DNA of 64,000 bases. It comes from Octopus bimaculoides (taxonomy: Eukaryota). The stretch is from contig NC_068982.1 of the NCBI RefSeq assembly GCF_001194135.2, forward strand, positions 49,046,218 through 49,110,217. The letters run 5' to 3'. Position numbers and translations under genes: made by a program. Shown one piece after another: positions 1 through 12,147 of this stretch. The stretch's first letter is position 1, and every line of letters begins with the position of its first letter. The notes below the pieces were generated by a model that had not been told where the DNA came from, made no database searches, and worked only from the letters and a program-made list of their open reading frames with translations.

Positions 1-1554
1 ACACTTGCCAAAGGTGCCATGCAATGGGACTGAACTTAGAACCATATGGTTGAGAAGCAAGCTCTTCTTACCACCAGCCATGCCCAGAAAATATTTTGAT
101 AGCAAAGTGGATTGACCTGGAAGTAACCAAAAAAAGACCTGGAAAGAAGAAGTGTCCTCTAACAATCCAATACTGCCGGGTTTGGTTTAGTATAAAAACT
201 TAACAAAATAACCACTTTGCAATCTGTAGTGGCTCAACCAGCCAGAAATAGCAACCCAACCTCTCTCAAACTTCACCTTATTATCATCAAAGTTAGAGGT
301 GTATTTAAAAATTCGTTCTGTTATGAGAACAAGAGATTTTATGGAAGCGAGCAGGTTGATTATGTTGTCCCCAGTACTTGAATGGTACTTTATTTAAGTG
401 ACTCTAAAAGGATGAAAGGTAAAACTGACCTTGGCAGAATTTGAACTCAGAACCTAAAGAGTTGAAAGAAATGTTGCTTAGCATTTTGTCAGACATGGTA
501 ATATACTGCCTTAGGGGTATATTTAATAATGTAGTCTTTGACACATAAACCTTGAGTGAAAGCAGGATGGCCATACTGGAATACTATCGATTATAGGTTT
601 TCTAAATCAGGCCTGACTTGAGCTAAGCAACAACAACAGGGAATATCATAAATTGGAAACTCATCCAGCAAATGCCAGACTAAAAAAAATGATACTAATA
701 CTGATAATATTCCATCATATCTAAAATATGAACCTGAGGGAGTAACAGGGTGAAATATATATTGAGAAATTAACTGAGAATTACTTTTGTTGCTTTTCTC
801 AACAGGGTTTGTTTGAGATTGACTCGTAATAGCATTTATATGTTTTGTGACAGTACTGTAGTCTCATGGGTGATCACTTCAACAAAAATGATATTCAACT
901 TCCTGAGCGATATTAGGAGAGATAGCTAAGCTATTTGAAAGCATGACATGTGTTAGGTCAGGAAGATGATATTTTCATCTGACATTGCTATTTATCTCAG
1001 TTGCTGTCTCTTGATTCTTCTATTTCATATCTGTGATTTGTGTTTCTTTATTTGAGAAAATATTAAGAATGCAAATTAAAATCTTGAGAATAATTCTTTC
1101 ATTGCAAGTTAAGGAAAAAAAAAAGCTAAGGGTAAAGTAATGATGTAAGAATTTAGGAAAATTAATCCATGCATATGATATGAGATATGATAGGGATTCA
1201 TGAAGATGAGATATTGTGCAAACATATCTGATCCTGTTAGCATGTTCAAACTGATTTTAAATCATCGTAGGGATAAACATAAAGAATAGCTAAGAGAAAG
1301 GAAATGAAATAGGATGTGTATTGTGTTTGTCAGGTGAGGAGTGTGATTACAATAAAAGATGGGCAATAGAATGGGAAAAGCATTTGGGATTGGAATGAAA
1401 TGAGTTGCATAATTTGGTGTCTTGTGATGTTTAGAGATGATAGCTTGAATAACATTGACAATGGATATTGGCATGTAGTTGATGATGGATGGTAACTGGA
1501 ATATTGGTAAGTCAATAACACTTATTATAAAGTAGTTAAAGGAAGTCGTATTTA

Positions 1555-1824
1555 CACAAACACACATGCATACATACAAATACGTATATTCATATATGAT
1601 TATACAAACACACACACTCACACAGATATATATACATATATCTGTACACATGCATATATATATACATCTCTCTCTATATATATGTGTATTCATATATATA
1701 TGTACATACATACATACATATGTATATGTATGTATATATGTAGGCGTGCATGCATGGATATATGTATACAAGTATGCATGGAAATTTATACAGGCATTCA
1801 AGCTGAAATATGTATAGCTGAACA

Positions 1825-1878
<54 letters not shown>

Positions 1879-1950
1879 CATGTATATATATATGTATATA
1901 TATGTGTGTGTGTGTATGTGTGTATGTATAATTATATACACACATGTATT
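1555..1950. repeat. Compound (TA)/(CA)/(TG) microsatellite
   Basis: Direct inspection; explains the YI/HT-rich ORFs at 1262-2041. Confidence 0.95.
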
Positions 1951-3994
1951 ATCAAGTATGCATGTGAAACTTGAATGTGAAAGCTTGTGTACATGTATAC
2001 ACTTCCATGTTTGTATGCGCACAAACTTTTTCACTGTTTAAAACCAAAAACAAAGAATAAATTTTTCCTCTTGAAAGTGATTGTTTCCTTATCTCTTGTA
2101 TTTCTTGTTTTGAATTCGTTCTTTTTCTTTTACTATTTTCCTCTTCACCAATCATGCTATTAATCTAATGCTGCCTCCAGAATAAATTTTCCCTTAAAGA
2201 GACATTTTCATACTTTCTTTACTCGTTTCTATACTGTACTGCTGTAATATTCTCCATTGCTCTCTTTCAACACATATAAACTATTAACTCAATTTTTTTT
2301 TAAATAAAAAAAATCACTTTCTCATTCATTTGCAATTTTTCTATTATTCCTACATTGCCTTGTTATCTGTAACAATTTTCCATAACCTTATTTTCCAGTT
2401 TTAAATTACATTTGTATCTTTCAGCTAAGATTTTCATCATATAATTTTAGATTTAAAAAAGGGAAAAAAAAGATAGAAAAAATAATTTTGTAGAAAACAT
2501 TTGTAACATTTTGACCTCATCACCAAAACTCTTCTTTTGTGTCCCTTCAAAAAAAAAAAATGTATAGTTATCAGTTTATATAAATTATAAACCTGTCTTT
2601 CATTCTGTATATGATTAAAATTCCCAAGGAAAGAAAATATTTCCAGCAAGAGTAAAGTTATTTGGTAGAATTATTAATTGAAAAACATATTCTGAAAACT
2701 GGGTTTCATGCCTTGATATGTTCTAAACTTGTTCTCTAACATATCAAAAGAAATCTTTCAGTTTATAATTGACATATATTGCTGTGGAATTACTTATTAA
2801 CAAACAGCAAAGGAAAAAGCACAAACCAAACTAAAAAAAAAATGAGTTAATTAAAGTCTAAAGAATTTGAAGTTTATGAAAACAGTGTTGTTGATATTTA
2901 GCTCTGGGTCATCTCTTATTGAGCAGACATACGATCAAAACAGTGAGGCAAGGGCAGTGAAGCAAGCGCAATCTGCTAAGGATGACACTCTCATAGAGGG
3001 AAGCACTTTTGGGTCTATTGTATAAGTACATATAGGATTGGGGACCCTGAGGGGAGGAAACATGACTAACTCAAGGGCTATGCCAGGTGATACACACTTG
3101 AGCAACACCACTGAATTAGAGACATTCTAGCTATGACCATCCCAGCTTTTCTTCAAAGTACTGAAGATTGCATAATCCAATGTGTCCTTTTTTTGTTTAT
3201 TTGTTAATGAAGATGGTGTGGTTTCTTTGTTTTTTCTAGCAGGTTATGTGACCACATAAAAGCTGCCCTCACTTAAAATAGCACCGTCTGTAATGGCAGG
3301 GTAGGAGTAGGTCTAAATGGCAGAAACAGTTGAGGGATGGACAAAAGACTTTGTGGTGTTTAATTTCATCCCTTTAGGTTCCAAGTTCAAATATTATTCA
3401 GGCTTCATCATCCAGAAGCTCAATAAAATAGATTACTAATAATGAAAATATAATACTGAAATTGATATAATTGACTATGCCATCAGAGGTATTACCCCAC
3501 AACCTAAATTCATTACCTAAATTCTATTTAATTTTTTTAAAAGCTTTATTATATCATAACTAATCTACATTTTTCAACCTGTTTATTCCTATTTATATCA
3601 ATTATTATAAATTTATATATTTTAATCTAGAGAATACATTAATTAAAAAAAATTTCCTTCCATGAATATTAAAAAATACTTTCTTTTTCCTATGGGAGAA
3701 AAACTAGGAATTAATTTTTATATATAAGGTGGTTGGTGTCAAGAAGGGCATCCAGCCATAAAAACCATGCCAAAACAGACAGTGAAGCCTGGTGCAGTTT
3801 TCTGCCTTGCCAAAACATCCAATCCATGCCAACATGGAAAATAGATGTTACATCCAAAAATTTAGCTAAAATTAGATATAGGGATGTAAACATTGTCTTT
3901 AACCGTAATGTTTTTGTGAACAGCTGTTGTATATAAACACCATGCCTTCAAACACAGTATCTTTATGGACAGAGGATGTGTCTTTGCCAATCAA

Positions 3995-4132
3995 TCAGAC
4001 ATTCTTCAGTATGTGGTTTGTGATCTGTGAAGAGGCATCATTGTCCCAAATATGAAGAGCAGTACTTAAGAATTTTACAAGAGCTTTGCAGAGTTCTATC
4101 CTTTGATCAGGGCTAAAGTATTTTATTCTTGC
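3995..4132 (-). CDS. CENPP: Terminal coding exon (138 nt): [45 protein letters not shown]
   Basis: Acceptor gcattttccttcag; 45 codons then TGA; an AATAAA (minus strand) lies at 3545-3550. Confidence 0.75.
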   Translation of the reverse strand, partial: ARIKYFSPDQRIELCKALVKFLSTALHIWDNDASSQITNHILKNV

Positions 4133-5075
4133 CTGAAGGAAAATGCTAGTCTTAGGAATGCAGTTTTAGCTATGGTGTCACCAGACAAAATCAGAAATAT
4201 GTAAAACAAATTGTTTGTGGCATAGTTGATCAACTGCAATAATTAGAATTATTATATCAATACATAAGTATTAAATTAGCAGACTCTTTAGAATGTCAGA
4301 CAAATTGCCTTGAGCTATTTCTTTCTTCTGTCTGTATTTTGAATTCAAATCCTGTAATGAACTTTGTGTTCCATCCTTCTGGGGTGGGGAAACTAAAAAG
4401 TACCAGTCAAGTGCTCCAATACTTTTAAATGGCTAACTTTTACCTCCAAATTTTTGGCTTAGTGCTTATGTTAGAAACAATTAATACAACTTCAATACAA
4501 ATCTTAATTGTTGGATAAAAATAGTCAATATTTTAGCCAAACAAAGTTGTGCAGCAAAAAGCAATTATTAATCCCTTATCAGAAAATAATTACCTCAATC
4601 AATATCTTCGTATCATCTCGCCTTGAATACTTTATTATATAAATTATAATTACAGTTTAACTGGATGGAGCTAAGAATTCTACAAGTGATATGATACAAA
4701 GACAACTTGATATTAAGAGCAATATATATAGTTTTGGAAGAGAGAAAGTTCAGTGCTATAAAGACAAAAGTTAGAATAATGTTATGCATCTTGAATGTTA
4801 GCTTTCATTTAAACAATTAATAAATATTGGTTTCAAAGTTTGACACAAGGCCAGTGTTCAGCAGGTATTTATTTTATTGACTTTCAAAAGGATGAAAGGC
4901 AAGTTGATCCTAATAAGACTGGCAGTTTGTTGATTTAAATAATTAATAAACATTAAAATCCAGGTTTAGCTACTCATTAGACTGGAACCTAGTATAGCTC
5001 TCTAGCTTACCTGCATCAGTCAAACTGTGTAACCCATGTCAGCATGGAAAATGGATGCTAAATGATGATGATGAC

Positions 5076-5111
<36 letters not shown>

Positions 5112-6370
5112 ATAATTTACTGTTCTGTCATAGGTAGGATCAATAAAAAGAAGTACATATCAATATATATGTAGTCAGGGATGTGGGCCTATGCATAGAT
5201 GATGTATGTACGCACATGTGGGTGTTCATCTTTGGAATTAATTTATTTAATTTACAACACTGGGAATTATATGAAATCCAGATATCTGTTAGCTGTTATC
5301 AACTCACTTGTATAACAGGAAATGAGATATGATCTATTCTTTCATGTACCATATACCATGTTCATTTACTGAAACATCCTTAATAGCTATTCTTATGGAT
5401 TCTAAAGCGAGATTATGTCCATTCCTTACTTTTACTTCTGATCATTAAAAGGCTAAGACAACATTTAGCATATTAGATATCAAAACTTTAAATCACCCAG
5501 CTGCTGCTTTTTAATTTCAAGGTCTATAAGTGTTGTGTAACTTTAAATTCTATTGAGTTACCTAACATTTGGAAGCTAATTCACAACTCAATTGTTTCTT
5601 GCAAGAAGAATTCAATTACCTTCATTGTCATAAATTCTTCATTCACATTCTTATAAATGTGTCTTCAGTTGTGCTGATCTAGCAGCTAGCATTTCCTTTT
5701 TATCCAACATATCCAATCATCACAAATTAGTTGCCTCTTGTTCTGTTTGTTTACTTGATTGTTTTCTTTAGTGTTCAGTATCCAATATTTCAGAAGTTAC
5801 TGTAACCAGAAACTCCAAGCATTGCATTAATAATTTCTTAGCAAATATGTATCAGTGAGAGAGAGAGAGAAAATTGTCAGAAGCTGCTAAGAAAGCAAGC
5901 CATTACATTTGGCTCAAGAGAGAGGAGGAGTGGTGCAGCAAGAAGGAGCATTGAAGATGATAGAAACATCTGGCCCAGAGTCATAACATCTGACTCAATA
6001 AAGCTTATGCTGTTGTGTCGGAATTTTGTTGCCTACATTTGCGGGTGACCCTGTGCAGCTCTGATGTTATGGCAGAAGTGTCCAAAACACCTATGGAGCA
6101 GCTTCCTTGCTTGGTAAGACATTAATGCTTGCATTTGAAGAGTGAGCACAGCAGTACTGTCAGCATGCAAATGTTTTCCATAAATGTAAGAAATATACAT
6201 ACATATATAGACACAGGCATGGCTGTGTGGTAAGACACTTACTTCTCAACCATATGGTTCTGGGTTCAGTCTCATTTCATGACATCTTGGGCAAGTGTCT
6301 TCTACTATAGCTTTAGGCTGACCAAAGCTTTGTGAGTGGACTTCGCAAACGGAAACTGAAAGAAGCCCAT

Positions 6371-6405
<35 letters not shown>

Positions 6406-6625
6406 ATATGTGTTTATCCTCCCCATCACTGCTTGACAAGCGGTGTTAATGGGTTTACATCCTCATAACTTAGCAGTTTGGTAAAAGAAACTGATAGAAT
6501 AAGTGCTAGGCTTAAAAAATAAATCCTGAGCTCGATTTCTGCAATGCAACTAAAAACTCTTCAAGGTGGTACTCCAGTATGGCCACAGTCTAATGATTTA
6601 AACAAGTAAAAGAATAAACAGATAC

Positions 6626-6661
<36 letters not shown>

Positions 6662-9600
6662 ACACACACACACATGCACACACACACATACACACACACA
6701 TGCACATTCTTCAACAAGAATAGTATTGATAGTGTCTTCAGAGTTTTGGTCAGTGAAACCATCATTGGACTGCAACGTATTGAAGTTAATCTCGGCTTTA
6801 TATAGTCTCTGTTAAGATCAAATTTTTCTGGGATTTGTGGTGTTCAGTTGAAAGATAATCTGGTTGTAGGGTAGCTTGTGATGGAGAGGTGTTGTGGAGA
6901 AATTTTCATTGATTATATCTGGGGTTATGATGATGATGATGATGATGATGACGACGACGACGATGACGATGATGATCATCATCATGGTGGTGGTGGTGAT
7001 AAGAAGAAAGATAGAGAGAATATGCTAATGGTGAGAGTGAATGGTAGCATTAATCTCTATTTGTTTAAACCCTTTGGATTATACTCTTCATAAATCTCCC
7101 TCAAACTTCCTGTTGTTCTATGATCTAAAGCTATTTCTTTAGTTTAAAGAATTCATATTTAAATTAAAACTTTCCATAATTTCATAGTAGAATCTTTTGT
7201 GAAGTTATGTTTCAAACACCTCTTTGATAACAAACAAAATTAGTGATTTTACTAAAATCTTCCAAGATCTTCATTATTTCAGAAATTAATTAAAAGTCTT
7301 TGGCTGTAAGTGTTTTTCATTGGTGTTTTATTTTGTGCAACACATTTTGATTTTATTAAATACTGATTGATCCTGGGAATTACCAGAAAAGGCTGAGAGG
7401 AATAGTCTGGCATGGTTTCTTTGCTACTAGCAGTCTAAAAGTGTCACATCTAGTCTGTGCATCTTAATGTTATTGTTGAAAGAATGGAACAAAATCACCC
7501 AAATGAAAACCAAGGGTGAAATATTTTTTAATACATTGGAGTTATTCCTTTTGGGGTGGGGCAAAAAGTTCACGATGATATGGAGGATATTTTCTTGTAG
7601 AGTGGATTTGGGGCTGTGGGATGAGGTGGGCAGATATTCAGGGAATGGAGATAGAAAACTGTGGGAGATGATCAATTTGAAAATCCATGTGCGGTTGTGT
7701 ACATATGCATATGCATGAAATGTGTGCATGTGTATATAGACACATGGCTCAGTGGTTAGAGCATCGGGCTCATAATCATAAGGTAGTGAGTTTGATTCCT
7801 GGTCTGGGCTGTGTGTTTTGCTCTTGAGCAAATCCTTTTATTGAGCAAGACACTTTATTTCATAATGCTCCAGTTAACTCAGCTGTAGAAATGAGTTGTG
7901 ATGTCACTGGTGCTAAGCTGTATTGGTCTTCGTGTTTCCCTTGGATAACATCGGTTGTGTGGAGAGGGGAGGCTGGTATGCATGGGCAACTGGTCTTCCA
8001 TAAACAACTTTTGATGGATTTGTGCCTCAGAGGGTAACATGCAATCCCATGGTCATTCTTGACCAAAGATGGTCTTTATCTTTTTACCTTTTTACCCACA
8101 GATTGTCTTTGATCAATAGTCTGCTTGGTCAGGGCTAGACAACAGCAAAAGCTTCCCTTTCACCTCTTCATGTCAATTCAATTGAGTCAACTTAGTGTTG
8201 TATCAGGTCATCCCATAACTAATATCCAGATTTTAAATAAGGAAAACAAGTGAGCAAATCTTAAATTTTAATGAACTTAATCGTCAATATATTTTCCATA
8301 ATTATTTATGACATCTTTCCATCTACTCATAAACTTTTAAACCCCATTAGTGAAAAACTTTTGGTTTTGAAAAGAAGTCTGAAAGGTCAGTCTCAACTTC
8401 CTGAAAGAGCAGTTTCGAGAGTCAATCAATCTAAATGATTCTTTCTGTAAACTACGGAGCAAATGGTAATCTGAAGGAGCAAGGTCTGGAGAATAAGGTA
8501 GCAGCCAACTTCTTCAATCTTGTGACATGGTCTTTGCAGTTGGGGTCATGCATTGTCCCGATGAAACATTATTCCATTTCAATTCACTATAGCAGTCCTT
8601 TTTTCCCCAATGCAGTGTTCAAATGCTCTAATTTCTGACAGTAAATTTGAGTATTGATTGTTACATTAGTTGGTAGCAACTCAAAGTGGATGACTCCTTT
8701 GCAATCTCAGCAAACAGAGAGAAGTAACTTCTTCGCATGGAGCTCCCTTTTTGGTTGTGGTTGTACCTTTTCCCCTCCACCAAGCAATGACTATGGTGCT
8801 TAACATTTTGATAAAAGATCCATTTTTCATCACCGGTCACCCGTCTGTCCAAACAGGGCGAGATGAGTCCAGGAAAATGAAGAGAAGAGCAGATGTCTAC
8901 TCTGGATTTGCAGTTGGCTTCAGACAAATCATAAGGTACTCCTTTCCTGAGTTTTGGGACCTTTTCAAGCTGTTGAAGACGGTGGTGAACAGTTGTATAG
9001 CTTGAATGAAGCTTGCTTGCCAATTATTCAACTGTAACTACCTGAACTTTTTCAAGTTCTGCCAAAAGGATCTTGTCATCAAACTCAACTTGACGTCCTG
9101 TTCAGGTCCTATCTTTAAGGTTGAAATCTCCACTTCTGAATTTTACAAACCATCTTCTGCAAGTTCTTTCATTCAGGCACTCTGCTCCATAAGCTGAGTG
9201 AATACTTCGAGTTGCTTCAACTGCGAAGTTCCCCTTTTAAAATTCATAAAGCATTATGTGCCTCAAATGCTCCTCAGACACTTTCATGTTTGCAGAGCTA
9301 TAATTAGTGAAATTTCAATTAGATTATCCTGCAAAATGAAATTTAATTAGTTTAAATACGTCCAAATAACTATAAATATTACTTGATTCCATTAAACATT
9401 CTAAAATACCGTAAAGCATTTACAAATTGAAAATATAAAAGTCCGGACATTACTTATGGGATGACTTGATAAATAGGCACAATGAGAATGTATTCCCAGT
9501 ATGAAGCAGTTTCATAGTATGAAACAATTTCATTCTATAATTAGCAGGTGTTTCATTAATTCATATCATTAAATCCAAGTGTGAATTTATATAGAATCAG

Positions 9601-12061
9601 TTACAGCAACTAGTTCTAATATAATTCTGTCAAAGTAGATTTAACATGTATGAACTTTAAAAGTAGAATTTATTTCTAATTATTCTGAAGATGAAGTATG
9701 TATTGAAAGTTCATAAAACACTAGATGAAAGATTGAATTTGTGATATTTGAATCAAAACTTTAACACTTTAACCTGTTACAGACATCACAGTTACCATCA
9801 ACATTGAAAATGTTATTATTGTTGTTTAACTCTTATTCAGCTCTGATTTAGTAGATGTATGTATAATGAAGTGTGTCCCATTTGTATTATACTCCTTCTT
9901 TGTCTTGAAGTAAATACAGATGCAGAAGCAGCACACTATAATTTGATTAAAAGTCTTTTAATAAAGATAATTATCTACTAACTGTAGATTTGCTATATGT
10001 AGAGGAATAAATCTAATTCTATGGAAACTGAATAAAATTCTTCTCATTTATATTAGTTTACAATTTCAAATTCAACAGTGCTTTTCTCTAAAAATGCTTA
10101 AAACACTTAAAAGCTACATTTCCCCATGATATTGGAATAGTAAATATTGTAAAATATGCTTACTTGCAGTTTAGTGATGAAATGTTTTTTTCATTCACAC
10201 AATTTTTGTTATTTGGGTTTTATACTGCATGCTTAATATTACAAATTAATACTTTCTTTCTTAGGGCCCCAAGGCAGTCAATGTAGCTTCTGCCAAGAAG
10301 AATCTATTGTCTGTCCAGTCTAATAAAATACATAATGAGGAAAAAGCCAATATTGAAAACGATGATGATTATAAAAGTAATGACAAACTGTTTGGCTGTG
10401 TTGTATAATTGATAAAATATATCAGCAGTATTATTGATAAAAGAGTTTTGTCTGAAAATTAGTAGGAACAATGAGGATATTAAATTCTGAGCAGGCAAGG
10501 AAATAGATGTTTTAATAGCATTTAATGTTGATGTTTGGAACTACTTTGACCATTCTTTGGTCATTATTCTTCAGTAATTACAAATCCACTAATCTAAAAA
10601 CAAAGGTAATTATCTTAAGATGCTTTTAGTATCTTCTAGGCCTTTCCAAATTCAAAATCATTCCCACATTATCATATAAATGAAATCGGTGCTGATCATA
10701 AGGCCAAACATGAGAAGTCTGAGAGGAAGAAGGCCAAATGTCTATGACCAAAGAATCGGAATAGCGAAAGTTTTAGACACAAAATATCAAATGCCATACT
10801 GTTGAAAGATCTAAAATCTGATTAAAAGGACAAATTTTGATAAACCAAGAATAGATTTACGCACTGGCTTATTTCCCTTTATCTACACTCTTTTGCTATG
10901 AAATACTTATTTCAAATTTTGACGCAAGATTAGCAAATTTTAAAGGCATGAGATTAGTTAATTGAATGGTACTTAGTTTTATCAAACCTGAAAGAATGAA
11001 AGGCAATATTGACCTTGGTGGCATTTGAACTTAGAATATAAAGATCCAAAGAAATTCTGTTGAGCATTTTCTGCAATGCATGCCACCTTTCTTTTACTAT
11101 GTAATAGTAATCCCTCAACTATCACAGGTATTACGTTCCACCACCCACCCACCGACAAGTGAAAATCTATGAAGTAGAAACAGTACTGTACAGTATATAT
11201 TTTTACAATTATTTTCATAAATTGTAGATATTTAATTTATTATAAATTCAAAACAACACCACAGAGGAATTGACGTAAGCTTAAATAATAAACCATGATA
11301 GGAGAAACTTGATACGGCAAGGGATTACCATGCTAATATATAAACATCACACTTTTAATCATTCAGTTTGTTTATGTTTTTATTGAGAGGAAATCAAAGA
11401 AAATATTCAATAATGAGAGAATTTCAAGATTAGAAATATTTGATAAATAAACTAAGTTTTTGTTTTTGTGTCCAGTATCATATTTGTGTCCAGTATCATA
11501 TTTCTGCAATACACTTTTAATTTATTTTCTAAGTAAATATATCCACCATATCTCACATACCTTTGTTATTCTAATACAATATCTAAAAAATCCCTTTTAA
11601 AATTTCAAATGAATGTCTTTTGAGACGGTTTATCTCATTAATTTTTTCTTAAAAACCTCAAAATTCAGACTTTCGTTCAGCATTATGCCATCTAGTATTC
11701 TGAGTTTTCTAATTTTTAATCCTTTTGGTTATTTTGATTTTTCCAAGTTTTGGAACTCAGCCTTCTTTTCTTTTAACTTTTTAAAATTTAGCTTTAGCAT
11801 TATAATAAATGTTTTAATGATTATACAGATGTCCAATAGAATAGCTCTCAGAAACAGACTACGTACAAATTCTTTCTTCACAACTCCTGAAGCCATTTTC
11901 AGACAGGGGGTTGATGAAATCTTCAAACAGCTAGAGGCTCCAATCAAAACAGGGGACCCAAAATGATAAGGTTAAGAAATGCTGTTATAGATTATGCCTA
12001 ACCGAAAATGATCACAGCCACATCATCCAAACAGGTCGGGTGAAACCCGGTTTAGCTGCTA

Positions 12062-12147
<86 letters not shown>

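Noticed and set aside
1262-2041. 227-aa and overlapping ORFs rich in YI/HT/CV
   Set aside because: Translations of dinucleotide microsatellites; no splice context or domain.
7740-7810. tRNA-like A/B boxes (also at other SINE heads)
   Set aside because: They continue into SINE bodies and lack a complete cloverleaf acceptor stem.
11829-11990. Plus-strand exon-like frame [17 protein letters not shown]...GDPK*
   Set aside because: Ends in a double stop and overlaps aaggttaagaaatgctg, which looks like a hAT-type MITE end; no partner exons.
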